This document shows positions 9,219-18,661 of a stretch of DNA of 36,878 bases, piece after piece; positions within the stretch are counted from its first letter, which is position 1, and every line of letters begins with the position of its first letter. The DNA is from Candidatus Hodarchaeota archaeon (GTDB lineage Archaea > Asgardarchaeota > Heimdallarchaeia > Hodarchaeales > Hodarchaeaceae), in assembly GCA_029856365.1 (NCBI GenBank), contig JAHQWW010000026.1:1-36878 (forward strand), read 5' to 3'. The position numbers and the translations under genes are program-made. The notes beneath the pieces are model-generated. The model had not been told where the DNA came from. It did no database searches and saw only the letters and a program-made list of their open reading frames with translations.

Positions 9219-9382
9219 ACTTCTCCATTGACATTATATAAGCAGAAAATTGCTCTATATACTCGGTATTAATGGAGGCACTAGTAAATATTATTTTCGG
9301 ATAATATAAGGCGACTTAATTTAAAGAATAAGCATAATTTGATTGACAAGGATTTGAGGTGGTGGCAGATTTTAAACCCTAC

Positions 9383-9673
9383 TTAAAGTTCTTGATCCCA
9401 CTTCAAGAACTGCCATATCACCCGTCCTATGCCATGTAAAAACCTTATCCACGATATTCTAACATCTGCTTATATTCCTCTGAAAAGTTGAAAACTGAAC
9501 CATGAATGTTTATACCAAGCATCATTTCTTTTAACGTTGTAAAAGCTTCCCAGACGTTTAAGGTACCTTTTCGCATTCCTACGAGTTGGTCTTTCAATGA
9601 ACTCTTGCGCTATTAAACCTAGAGTATCAACAAGAGTGCCATCAAGATCAAAAAGAATCGCTTTCAGAGACAA
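9383..9673 (-). pseudogene. Truncated HAD-superfamily hydrolase
   Basis: Motif I AILFDLDGTLVDT. In-frame TAA at 9470-9472, then the frame continues (ADVRISWIRFLHGIGRVIWQFLKWDQEL*). Motifs II-IV absent. Confidence 0.75.
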
Positions 9674-9751
9674 TTATTCCACCCATCATTGTTAAAAGCT
9701 TAATGAGAATTTGAAAGACGCTTATGATCTACTTAAATTACTCTACGTACT

Positions 9752-10252
9752 CTATCTCTTAAAAACTCGCCATATACCTAGTAATAGATTTGATCGCGGC
9801 ACTTTATTCATATAATGCAAATATTCCTCCCCAAATTTCTCTATTGTCAACTTTTCCTCTTCTATCATATAATAATAACATAACAGTACCATTGTAAATC
9901 CCAAAAATAGGCTTAGGGGGTGTTGGGAAATTAATGCAAATCCAATAAACAAATATGCAAGACTGAGATAAATTGGATGACGAACAACTCCATATATTCC
10001 AGTGTCTACTAATTTAGTTGTTACAAATCCCTTTTCTTCTTCCATTTCACCTTCTTTCTTGAGAATATAGGACAGGAGAATTAAAATCGCTGAAATTGCC
10101 AAACATAGAAATCCAAGATACATAACTATATCAAGATTAGCCCAGTTACAAAAGAAGAATAACATGAAGAATTGAATGAGAAAGCCTATTAGTATATAAG
10201 CTGCGATAAGTTTATCCTTACCCGACATCACATACTTTTTTGTTTCAGTCAA
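9752..10252 (-). CDS. Isoprenylcysteine carboxyl methyltransferase (ICMT/PEMT) family membrane methyltransferase
   Basis: LVDTGIYGVVRHPIY and EEKLTIEKFGEEYLHYMNKVPR motifs. Start probably TTG 10252 (after AGGTGA) or ATG 10228 rather than 10288. Confidence 0.88.
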   Translation of the reverse strand: MTETKKYVMSGKDKLIAAYILIGFLIQFFMLFFFCNWANLDIVMYLGFLCLAISAILILLSYILKKEGEMEEEKGFVTTKLVDTGIYGVVRHPIYLSLAYLFIGFALISQHPLSLFLGFTMVLLCYYYMIEEEKLTIEKFGEEYLHYMNKVPRSNLLLGIWRVFKR

Positions 10253-10256
10253 TATT

Positions 10257-10589
10257 TCACCTTTCTTCGCTATTTGATTCTGATACATAAGTAAGATACT
10301 TTATGGAGATAATATGTTCTTGAGCATAAGTTTTCCCATCTACCGATTCTTCGGCTAATATGCGAAGATTCCCAGGTTTTGGAAGTTTAATCAAGGGTAC
10401 ATGTAATTCTACGCGCTTATGTTCGGTTGTTCCTAAGTACTGACCTCTCACTTTCCCCGAATCATCGATTAAACGGATTCTGTATCGTTTAGACACCTCT
10501 GCCAATTCAACGCGAATATAAAAGGGAATAGGAACAGTCAGTTCGGAAAATTCGTCTCCAGCATCATCTACAACTACAATTTTAGGCAT
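10257..10589 (-). CDS. Hypothetical soluble protein, beta-rich
   Basis: 110-aa ORF with alternating hydrophobic strands. Ends a few bases before the ICMT-family gene, suggesting co-transcription. Confidence 0.65.
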   Translation of the reverse strand: MPKIVVVDDAGDEFSELTVPIPFYIRVELAEVSKRYRIRLIDDSGKVRGQYLGTTEHKRVELHVPLIKLPKPGNLRILAEESVDGKTYAQEHIISIKYLTYVSESNSEER

Positions 10590-10869
10590 TTTTCAAACCT
10601 TTGTTTATTCTGTTAATTCTATCTGCTTCTAATTTAAAAATGAGACATTTTGATATATTAGTTTTGAATGCATAAATTGCGTTGGTTGTCTATTATAATA
10701 AAGCGAAATAACCTTAAGTTTATAAGACTCTGTTTCTGAAAAAAATGAATCTTATTGAAACCTTGGTTAATTCTTATCTGTTTCACAAACAAATAGTATT
10801 AACAGTTTTTTTTGGTTTTACTTAATTATATCAATAAAAAAAGGGTCTTGGACTATTAAAGGTGGTAAA

Positions 10870-11193
10870 ATGAGTAGTGAATCGTGGTTTGTCTTAGGTT
10901 GGAGATATACGAATAAAGAAGGACGATTTATGTTAATTTTGGGACTAATAAGTTTATTAGTTATCTTTTGTGGAGCCTTCCTTATCTTAATAGGAACACT
11001 AAGTTTATTTACAATCGTTGGGGTACCAAATCCTGATATAGAGGGAATATTCACATTGTTATTTACTGGGTTGGGTACCTGCATTGTCGGAGTGATACTC
11101 ATGGTTATATATTCTATAGGAATGAAATTTGTACCTCCTCCAGTGATTCCTGAACCTGATGATGAATTGGATGAACAACAAACTTGTTGTTAA
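10870..11193 (+). CDS. Small 2-TM membrane protein with Pro/acidic tail ending -CC
   Basis: GGTGG RBS, two hydrophobic helices, tail PPPVIPEPDDELDEQQTCC. Confidence 0.7.
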   Translation: MSSESWFVLGWRYTNKEGRFMLILGLISLLVIFCGAFLILIGTLSLFTIVGVPNPDIEGIFTLLFTGLGTCIVGVILMVIYSIGMKFVPPPVIPEPDDELDEQQTCC

Positions 11194-11295
11194 AAAATGT
11201 TTTAATCGAAATATTTAAAAAGTAACGTTTTTTGTTTAAAATGGTTTAGATGCCCACATTCAAACAAACGTTCCATGATTCTGGAGGTATAGAAA

Positions 11296-12189
11296 ATTAA
11301 AGAAAATTGGAAACATGAATACATAAATGTAGGTGATATAGAAATCCATTATGTTGAAGAGGGTTCTGGAGATTTAGTAATTTTACTTCATGGTTTTCCT
11401 GATTTTTGGTATTCGTGGAGACAACAGATCCCTGCATTATCAAGAGACTTCAGAGTGGTAGCTCCAGATTTACGGGGATATAACAAGAGTAGTAAACCCG
11501 AAGATGTGGATAATTATTCAACTTCTCTTCTTGTTGAAGATATCTACGGTCTTATCGAAACTTTAGGAGAAACAAAAGCGGTGATTATAGGTCATGATTG
11601 GGGTGGCTTTATAGCGTGGAACCTTGCAATGATGGCTCCTGAGAAAGTATCTAACCTTGTTATCATTAATTGCCCTCATCCTGTGCCTCTTTTAGAAGCC
11701 TTCTGGTCAATGCGATTTCAGCAACTCCAAAAGAGTTGGTATGTCTTTTTTTTCCAAATCCCGACGATTCCTGAAGAGATACTAAGCAGAAATAATTATG
11801 AAGTTCTTCAAAGAATGTTACTTGGTTCTATTAGCACTAAACAAGCATTTAAAGAAGATGATATGTCAAAGTACATCGAGGCTTGGTCCCAACCAGGAGC
11901 ATTAGCAGCTAGTATCAACTATTATCGTGCGAACTGGAACATAACACAAATACTTTCTATAAAGAAAGAACATCAAGATGGATTTATTCAAAGATTTCCA
12001 AAGATAAAATGCCCAACACTTGTAATTTGGGGGGAAAATGATGTTGCGTTAGATAAATCGTTAACATATGGATTGGAAGAGCATATAGAGGGTTCGTTTA
12101 AGATAGTTTATCACCCCGAATATGGGCATTGGATTCACAACGAAGCCCCTGATTTGGTTAATAATACGATTTTATCGTTCCTTAGGTAA
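11296..12189 (+). CDS. Alpha/beta hydrolase, epoxide hydrolase-like; probable ATT start
   Basis: Frame open upstream of the tracked 11455 start: IKENWKHEYINVGDIEIHYVEEGSGDLVILLHGFPDFWYSWRQQIPAL. Also DLRGYN, GHDWGG nucleophile, WGENDVAL, GHWIHNE. Confidence 0.88.
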   Translation: MKENWKHEYINVGDIEIHYVEEGSGDLVILLHGFPDFWYSWRQQIPALSRDFRVVAPDLRGYNKSSKPEDVDNYSTSLLVEDIYGLIETLGETKAVIIGHDWGGFIAWNLAMMAPEKVSNLVIINCPHPVPLLEAFWSMRFQQLQKSWYVFFFQIPTIPEEILSRNNYEVLQRMLLGSISTKQAFKEDDMSKYIEAWSQPGALAASINYYRANWNITQILSIKKEHQDGFIQRFPKIKCPTLVIWGENDVALDKSLTYGLEEHIEGSFKIVYHPEYGHWIHNEAPDLVNNTILSFLR

Positions 12190-12311
12190 AAACATGCTTT
12201 TTAACTATTATAGAGCAATTACACGTTGGTTTAACGATCTTCAGGAGAATTAAAGAAGAATTGAACAATATAATTTTATAGAACTGTGTATTTTACTAGA
12301 ATTCTCTATAC

Positions 12312-12623
12312 GCTTTAAACTCCTCAAGTTCTCAAGTAGCAGAGATTATTAAAAATGGGGAATCATTAACTTAAATTCCTATTAATAGTCCAATTGCAGT
12401 ATTAAATTATACTGATTCAAATCCAATTACTGGTGTTTCATTTGGTAAAGAAAGCTGCATAAAGATTGGTGACGATTATTTTATCAATAAATATAGTGAT
12501 AATCCAGTAGATAACCCAGAGGAGCTCACCACCAATGGAATGGATTTTTATTTAATTCGTGTTGTTGGAGAAAATGGCAGGCATTCATATATCGGACCTA
12601 TTTGGGTAAAAGTATCACAATAA
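12312..12623 (+). pseudogene. C-terminal remnant of a DUF3604/CehA-McbA-like PHP metallohydrolase
   Basis: Hand translation: AEIIKNGESLT*IPINSP...MDFYLIRVVGENGRHSYIGPIWVKVSQ*. Ending resembles the Y.RV....G....SPIWV terminus. No start codon or N-terminal domain. Confidence 0.55.
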
Positions 12624-12742
12624 GGATCTTCATCTTCTAGAAAATGATTAATATCATAAAAGTAGCGTGGGGAATTGCTTGTTAGCTATATTGCCAGATT
12701 TGGTTAAACATCTGAAGATTGCTAATAAAACTATCCAAATCC

Positions 12743-13453
12743 TTATATTTTAACGTCAAATAGAGTTATGGGACGCCCCACAGGATTTCTCTTTTTTGAA
12801 TACTGGATAACAAATCCTTTTGTAATTAATCGTGTCAAACTATCATATATTGTGCTACGGGCGACATCAGTTAATTGTACTAGTTCAGGACGGGAAAGAG
12901 GGCCATAGGCTTTCAAGATTTCGAAAAGAGTGCAATCTAACTCATGCTTTAATCTCAGCCGCTCTGAGGTTCCTATTGAATCCTCTTCACCTGACGTTGA
13001 TTTTAATAAGAGAATTCGAAAAAGGAGTGAGTCTGCTCTATTGTCTAAAGAAGCAAAAAGTTCTAGAGATTCTCTTCGAACTAAAGTAATAATTTCAGAT
13101 ATGGGTGTTATTTCAGGTAATCCAAGAAGATCACGGAGAGTAGTGATCTCAATATATAGTTGGTTCAACTGTGTGAAGTTCATTGAAAGATTCAATGCAC
13201 GACGAATCTCCTCTAACTTCCGATAGAAGTAGTAGTGCTGTTTAATTGGGGATAACGACGGAAGATCTAGTTCCCTTTGCATTTTTCTTAGAGCGCTCCA
13301 AGTGACCATTACAACCCTTTCAGAAATATCCCCATTCAAGCTTAACAGCCTTCGGAGTTCTTTTAATTCCTTTTTTTCATTCAATCTTTCTATTTCTGTT
13401 GTCATAATGCCATTATAACTCATGATTTTCCATCTGTCACAAATTGAATCCAT
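12743..13453 (-). CDS. Helical-repeat protein with C-terminal TrmB-like winged HTH
   Basis: LFEILKAYGPLSRPELVQLTDVARSTIYDSLTRLITKGFV...GRPITLF. True start may be MTTEIER. Confidence 0.75.
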   Translation of the reverse strand: MDSICDRWKIMSYNGIMTTEIERLNEKKELKELRRLLSLNGDISERVVMVTWSALRKMQRELDLPSLSPIKQHYYFYRKLEEIRRALNLSMNFTQLNQLYIEITTLRDLLGLPEITPISEIITLVRRESLELFASLDNRADSLLFRILLLKSTSGEEDSIGTSERLRLKHELDCTLFEILKAYGPLSRPELVQLTDVARSTIYDSLTRLITKGFVIQYSKKRNPVGRPITLFDVKI

Positions 13454-13771
13454 ATCTTGGTTTGAAATGATTATTCAAGCTCAAGGCTTTCATGAGAAGG
13501 GAGCCTGATAAGTCAAGAAGTTGTTCGAAACTGACACATCTCAAGAAAAATTGTCACATATCATGGTGGAACCACCACAACAAAATTGGTTAAAGAAAAA
13601 GAAAAGAGAGTCCAGGAATGGTTCAATGCTTCCGACAAAATTCATTATATGTTAACTTGACGGAACTAAAAGGAATACTTTCTCATTACTAAAATCAGGC
13701 AAATTAATATCAATGATATTACTTATGGATGTCTGGGGAAGCTGAAAAAGCAGGGTTAATCTTATTTTTCC

Positions 13772-14086
13772 TTAATTATTTGGAACTCCTTTAATAAATT
13801 CCTTTAATTGAGTTAATGTTTCATAATAAACTTCTATTCCTTTTTGAGTTGCATCTACTAGAACTCTCGGACCTTTGATGGTTATAACGTGCCTTTGCTC
13901 TATATATTTTGCTTTTTGTAATTGCTTGACATGAGCTGTTAATGCTCCCCATGTTAATTGACATTTTTTTTGGAGATCCCCTTGAGTTAAAGGGCCAATC
14001 GCAACAAGTAGACTTATAATGAGTAAACGCTTGACATTAAATAGTACAGGATCAATTTCCTTAAAATGATTAACCCAACGAGTCAC
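13772..14086 (-). CDS. Winged-helix (MarR/ArsR-like, HTH_34) transcriptional regulator
   Basis: IDPVLFNVKRLLIISLL...LTWGALTAHVKQLQKAKYI...TQKG. Last gene of the ABC-2 operon. Confidence 0.85.
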   Translation of the reverse strand: MTRWVNHFKEIDPVLFNVKRLLIISLLVAIGPLTQGDLQKKCQLTWGALTAHVKQLQKAKYIEQRHVITIKGPRVLVDATQKGIEVYYETLTQLKEFIKGVPNN

Positions 14087-14688
14087 TTACTTACGACCTT
14101 CTTCTCAGCTTGGTACATTGAATAAGAGGTGCTCAGAGAAGTTAAGATTAAAGCAAAACCTGGAGTAAGGAAGATGTTTGGTTCACCTGGTAACAAAATG
14201 AAAAATAAATATATTATGGGTGAGGAAATCAATAAAACCATGCCAAGTAATAAGATAGGTCTAGCAAATAGCATACTCTTAGAATAATGATATTGCTCCG
14301 CAGTTATTCCTACAATAAAACTACTAATTCCTAGCAGGGGAAACCAAAGAAAATATGCTGAAATTGGATTATCAAAGATGAAATTAATAATATAACCAAT
14401 AATAATTATTGCAGGATACGCGATTACCCATAGACCCAATCTAATTCTTCTAAAAACATATCTAAATACATAGATATGAACCATAATAGCAAAAATTGAA
14501 ATAATAGCCCAAAAAAATAAGAAGATCCAGAGTAAGTCAAATAATGATTGTACGATAATTAAACTGCTGCTGATGATCGTCATAATAACAAGATTACCTA
14601 AAGCATAAGCAAGAGTTTGACGATATACAGATAAATCAGCTGATATTTGCATTAATTGAGTAGCATCCCAAACATCTTTTTCATCCAA
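14083..14688 (-). CDS. Membrane protein (about 6 TM)
   Basis: Hydrophobic segments. Overlaps the regulator start by 4 nt. Confidence 0.8.
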   Translation of the reverse strand: MDEKDVWDATQLMQISADLSVYRQTLAYALGNLVIMTIISSSLIIVQSLFDLLWIFLFFWAIISIFAIMVHIYVFRYVFRRIRLGLWVIAYPAIIIIGYIINFIFDNPISAYFLWFPLLGISSFIVGITAEQYHYSKSMLFARPILLLGMVLLISSPIIYLFFILLPGEPNIFLTPGFALILTSLSTSYSMYQAEKKVVSK

Positions 14689-14768
14689 TCCTAATAACTC
14701 CTAAGTATTTTCTTTGGAAAACTTATCGATTTTAAAAATTTTCTAATAAAAAATAGAGGGGGAATAAT

Positions 14769-15590
14769 TCATTGGTTCAATGTTTTTCTCTGGAATAATT
14801 TGATTCCAATAAAAGTAGTAACAAATAGAATGATGAGAATGACAATGAAGGATCCCCAAAGAGGCAAGGTACTAAATTTAGCATTGATAATGTTTTGAGC
14901 ATTCAATCGTAAAGTATCACTCCAGATATCATCACCTAGGATTACTACTTGCTGATATAACTGATTCGCCCAGAATGGGGGGCATAAATAAACAATGGGG
15001 TTTTCAAAGGGAATCATCGATCCACTAAGAAAAAGTATAGGCATAACATACATCATGGAGAAGCCAACAGCCGCATTTGCGGATTTAGCATTAGCTGAGA
15101 TGATTATTCCTATTCCAAGGGTTGAAATACCAAAAATATAGATAATGAAAAAGCCAAGAAGGAGAAGGTAGAGATTTTTATCATACCAATGTGCCCCAAG
15201 TAAACCGTAACTAATGCAAAACATCAAAATTAGTTGGATGATTAAGAAAAAAGATTCACTTAAGAGAGTTCCAATGAAGATTTTAGCACGACCTACTGGT
15301 GTTGTATCAAGCCTGGTTAAGGTCAAGCGTTCTTTTTCAGCTGTAAGTGAAGTTGCTGCATTTATTGTGCCAAAAGAAGCAGAATAGATGAGCATACCCG
15401 AGACAGCTAAGTCAAAAACGGTTATTCCACCAGATGCCACGGTTATTGGTTTAAATATGAAATAAAATAAGACTGTGAATAGCAATGGAAATCCAAATGA
15501 ATAAAGAAATGTCTGATAATTCCTCAGTTTAATCCTGAGATTCTTTATAGCTATTGTATTAATTATGTGAATCTGTTGACTAAAACTCAT
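14769..15590 (-). CDS. ABC-2 type exporter permease
   Basis: EKERLTLTRLDTTPV and FLSGSMIP motifs, 6 TM. Confidence 0.9.
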   Translation of the reverse strand: MSFSQQIHIINTIAIKNLRIKLRNYQTFLYSFGFPLLFTVLFYFIFKPITVASGGITVFDLAVSGMLIYSASFGTINAATSLTAEKERLTLTRLDTTPVGRAKIFIGTLLSESFFLIIQLILMFCISYGLLGAHWYDKNLYLLLLGFFIIYIFGISTLGIGIIISANAKSANAAVGFSMMYVMPILFLSGSMIPFENPIVYLCPPFWANQLYQQVVILGDDIWSDTLRLNAQNIINAKFSTLPLWGSFIVILIILFVTTFIGIKLFQRKTLNQ

Positions 15591-16537
15591 GATCTTAACC
15601 TCCGTCCAGTCAAATGTAAAAATACGTCTTCTAAAGTAGTTTGTCGTAAACTCATGCTTTCGAGTTCAGTTACGTCCTTGATTGCTTTCTCTTGTAAAAT
15701 TTTGATGAAACTAATAATTCCACCGTCAAAATATACGTTCACTTTTTTGTCATCCTCTATTAATACCTGTTTTATGAAAGAATTTGGCTCTATTACACTC
15801 TTAAATTCGTTGGCTTTATCATTTTGCTTGAAAACGACTTCTAAAATGTTTCTTTGACTATATTTTTCTTTCAGTGTTTCTGGAGCGCCTTCAGCAAGAA
15901 TTTTACCATTGTTTACAATTAGCACACGATCACTGAGCATTTCCGCCTCATACATATCATGTGTAGTTAAAATAATGGTTTTACCGCCCTTTTTTAACTC
16001 TTTTATATAATCCCAGACAACATGCTTAGCCTGAGGGTCTAAACCTGCGCTAGGTTCATCAAGAAATAATATATCAGGTTTCATAATAAGAGCAATCGCA
16101 ATGTTTAGGCGACGTTTCATTCCACCTGAAAAATTTCTCGTTTTATCCTTTCGATTAGCCAAACCCAACCTTTTGAGGATTTTTTTTGCTTCTAGTTCTA
16201 ATTCTTTCTTTGGAAAACCATGCATAGATCCAAAAAATATCAGATTTTCCTCTGCACTAAGCTCCTCATAAAAAACATAATCTTGAGGAACAGTACCTAT
16301 AATAGATTTAATAGCTGAGGCTTCCTTTAGAACATCTATTCCATTGATTAAGGCTGTACCCTCATCAGGCTTGAGTACCGTAGTTAGGATCTTGATTAGT
16401 GTTGTTTTTCCAGCACCGTTTGGACCTAAAATGCTAACAAGTTCGCCTCGTTTTACATAAATCTCAATATGATCTACAACCACTATTTGATCATAGATTT
16501 TTGTTAAATTACTTGTTTCTATAGCTAGATCAATCAT
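15587..16537 (-). CDS. ABC transporter ATP-binding protein (DrrA-like)
   Basis: GPNGAGKTT, FSGGMKRR, LFLDEP, TTH, C-terminal TLEDVFLHLTG. Confidence 0.95.
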   Translation of the reverse strand: MIDLAIETSNLTKIYDQIVVVDHIEIYVKRGELVSILGPNGAGKTTLIKILTTVLKPDEGTALINGIDVLKEASAIKSIIGTVPQDYVFYEELSAEENLIFFGSMHGFPKKELELEAKKILKRLGLANRKDKTRNFSGGMKRRLNIAIALIMKPDILFLDEPSAGLDPQAKHVVWDYIKELKKGGKTIILTTHDMYEAEMLSDRVLIVNNGKILAEGAPETLKEKYSQRNILEVVFKQNDKANEFKSVIEPNSFIKQVLIEDDKKVNVYFDGGIISFIKILQEKAIKDVTELESMSLRQTTLEDVFLHLTGRRLRS

Positions 16538-16755
16538 TTATTACCCATCTTTTTTTAATTTTTTCTTTTGATAGTCAATCTTAGACCAAATTTCTATCTT
16601 AATAAATACGAAAGAGACTTTGTTCTGCAAAGTGCAAAAAAACGGATATGGACTAGATGGTACATATTATTTCCAAAGAAAAAATTACAAATTCGTACCA
16701 ATAAAAGCAATTAAGATCAATTATATTAAAAGAATCACAGTAGAGATGAGATATC

Positions 16756-17091
16756 ATGTCTTTTATCAACCTTCAGGATATTATCGAACGAGAAGTTATA
16801 CCTGGATTTAAAGGGAAATTTATTCACTCAGCAAATGTCACAATAGTTCACTGGTCGATTACTGCTGGATCAGAATTATCTGAACATAATCATCCTCACG
16901 AACAGGTAACAAATATTATCAGTGGAGAATTGGAGCTAACAATGGAACGAGTAACAAAAAGATTAAAATCAGGAGAAGTGGCGGTTATTCCTTCTAATCT
17001 CAAACATCATGGTAGAGCAATAACCGATTGTTATATTATTGATGTGTTCTATCCTATAAGAGAAGATTACAGAGTTGAGCTAAAAGAATAA
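16756..17091 (+). CDS. Cupin domain protein
   Basis: HNHPHEQ...IPSNLKH...DVFYPIREDY. Confidence 0.9.
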   Translation: MSFINLQDIIEREVIPGFKGKFIHSANVTIVHWSITAGSELSEHNHPHEQVTNIISGELELTMERVTKRLKSGEVAVIPSNLKHHGRAITDCYIIDVFYPIREDYRVELKE

Positions 17092-17106
17092 GGAACGTAG
17101 AGAGCA

Positions 17107-17901
17107 ATGATAAGTCAACGTTCAAAAAGGTTCATCCTACCAATGATATTGGGAAGTACGGGCTTTTTAACCATCTTGATTTCAGAATTAATAGTCCAGA
17201 TCCAAGGATCAAAAATTGTTGAGGTCACTTGGCTCGCTAGCTTCTTGATAATGGTGTCGACTGTCGTCATTAGGTTCTACTCTATTAATCCCACGCGTTT
17301 TAATCAAATCATTCAAATCACAAATCCAGTGGAAAACCAACGTCTAAACTCGTCACGTTTCTTGAACTGGATAGTTGTAGCTATGGTTATTGGACTGATT
17401 GCAACTGTTACGATTGCATATAACTTCATTATTGGAATGTTAGTGTATTTAATCATGCAGATATGTTTAATTATTTCATTCTCTGGTATTGTATCTTTTA
17501 GACCATCCGTATTTTTAGCTAATTCAAAACTACGTCACAGCTTCATCCTGTCTTTAGTATTCTGGGTGATAGCCATCCCATTGATCTATTTCACATTAAT
17601 CTATAACGGTACAGAATCCCTTGTGGTGGTACCGTATGTGATTGCTATCGGTACAATGGCATGCATTTCTTGGTTTGGATTAGGTTATGATCAACGTTCG
17701 AAGGCATTTCGGTGGATGATTATTGCTGCTTCACTTTTGTTTGTATTCTCCGATACTCTAATTGGTAACGCAAGGTTTGGTCAAATTCACATTAAATTGA
17801 ACCAATTGATTGATATCACTTATGTTCTCAATATTCTACTTATGTCACACGCCATTCTTTTCCTTAAGGATGGTTCTGGGAACACGCCATTTAAAACATA
17901 A
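17107..17901 (+). CDS. YhhN/lysoplasmalogenase-like membrane protein
   Basis: Polytopic, with PYVIAIGTM and LFVFSDTLIG motifs. Confidence 0.65.
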   Translation: MISQRSKRFILPMILGSTGFLTILISELIVQIQGSKIVEVTWLASFLIMVSTVVIRFYSINPTRFNQIIQITNPVENQRLNSSRFLNWIVVAMVIGLIATVTIAYNFIIGMLVYLIMQICLIISFSGIVSFRPSVFLANSKLRHSFILSLVFWVIAIPLIYFTLIYNGTESLVVVPYVIAIGTMACISWFGLGYDQRSKAFRWMIIAASLLFVFSDTLIGNARFGQIHIKLNQLIDITYVLNILLMSHAILFLKDGSGNTPFKT

Positions 17902-17959
17902 TGAATTTATCTTTCCATTAATGAGAAATTTCTCGAAATCTACTCTGGTGGAAGAATGA

Positions 17960-18388
17960 ATGATTCAAATTTCTGAAAAGAAAAAATTTGGGTTTGTTCG
18001 ATTCGCATACTGGTTAGGTGCAATTCTTGACGCAATATGGGGAGTTGTCCCATTATTCTATATGTTGTTTTCTAAAGAAAAGATTTTTGCGGACATGGGA
18101 TTTCCGAGTCCTATTAGTGACTTTGGCTACTTTACACTAGTTGGAGTATCTGGATTGATGTTGGGTTGGACTTTTCTTTTGATTTGGGCTGATCGAAAAC
18201 CAATTGCAAGACGTGATACTTTATTATTGACTGTAGGCGTAATGCTTATTATGATTGTCCTTCAATTCATTGGTTTCATCAATAGTAATCCCTATATATC
18301 TCTAGGTTCATTCCTATCAAACAGTACAATAGTTATCTATGGTTTTGCCTATTATTTTGCAAATGACGTCGCACGCGGCGGAATATAA
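17960..18388 (+). CDS. Conserved-looking 4-TM membrane protein
   Basis: YWLGAILDA...LMLGWTFLLIWADRKP, GGTGG RBS. Confidence 0.75.
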   Translation: MIQISEKKKFGFVRFAYWLGAILDAIWGVVPLFYMLFSKEKIFADMGFPSPISDFGYFTLVGVSGLMLGWTFLLIWADRKPIARRDTLLLTVGVMLIMIVLQFIGFINSNPYISLGSFLSNSTIVIYGFAYYFANDVARGGI

Positions 18389-18661
18389 CCTCTAGCTACG
18401 AATAATCAAAATTATTTTTGTCTTAGCATGTGAGATCATTTTGCTAACACCCATTGACGATGGAAAATTGCTTAAACTCGTTCTCAAGATATAAAAGAAA
18501 AGGAACTATGCAATACAACCCAGAATAAACCCTACGTACAGAACAATATGGAAATTTGTTTGATTGGCCCCTTACAAAGTCTTTTGAAAACCAAAAGGCA
18601 CCCAACTCCTAGTTCTCAAGACAATGGTCTTTGACACGATTGGATGGTGAGGCTGCATTCA

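Noticed and set aside
10818-11102. 94-aa minus-strand ORF
   Set aside because: Antisense shadow of the 2-TM gene, which has the RBS and coherent topology.
13508-13660. VTYHGG...RVQEWF resembling helicase motif IV
   Set aside because: Too short and flanked by stops, and no other helicase motifs are present.
18631-18660. Bacterial sigma70 promoter (TTGACA)
   Set aside because: No credible -10 box at the correct spacing and the context is archaeal.
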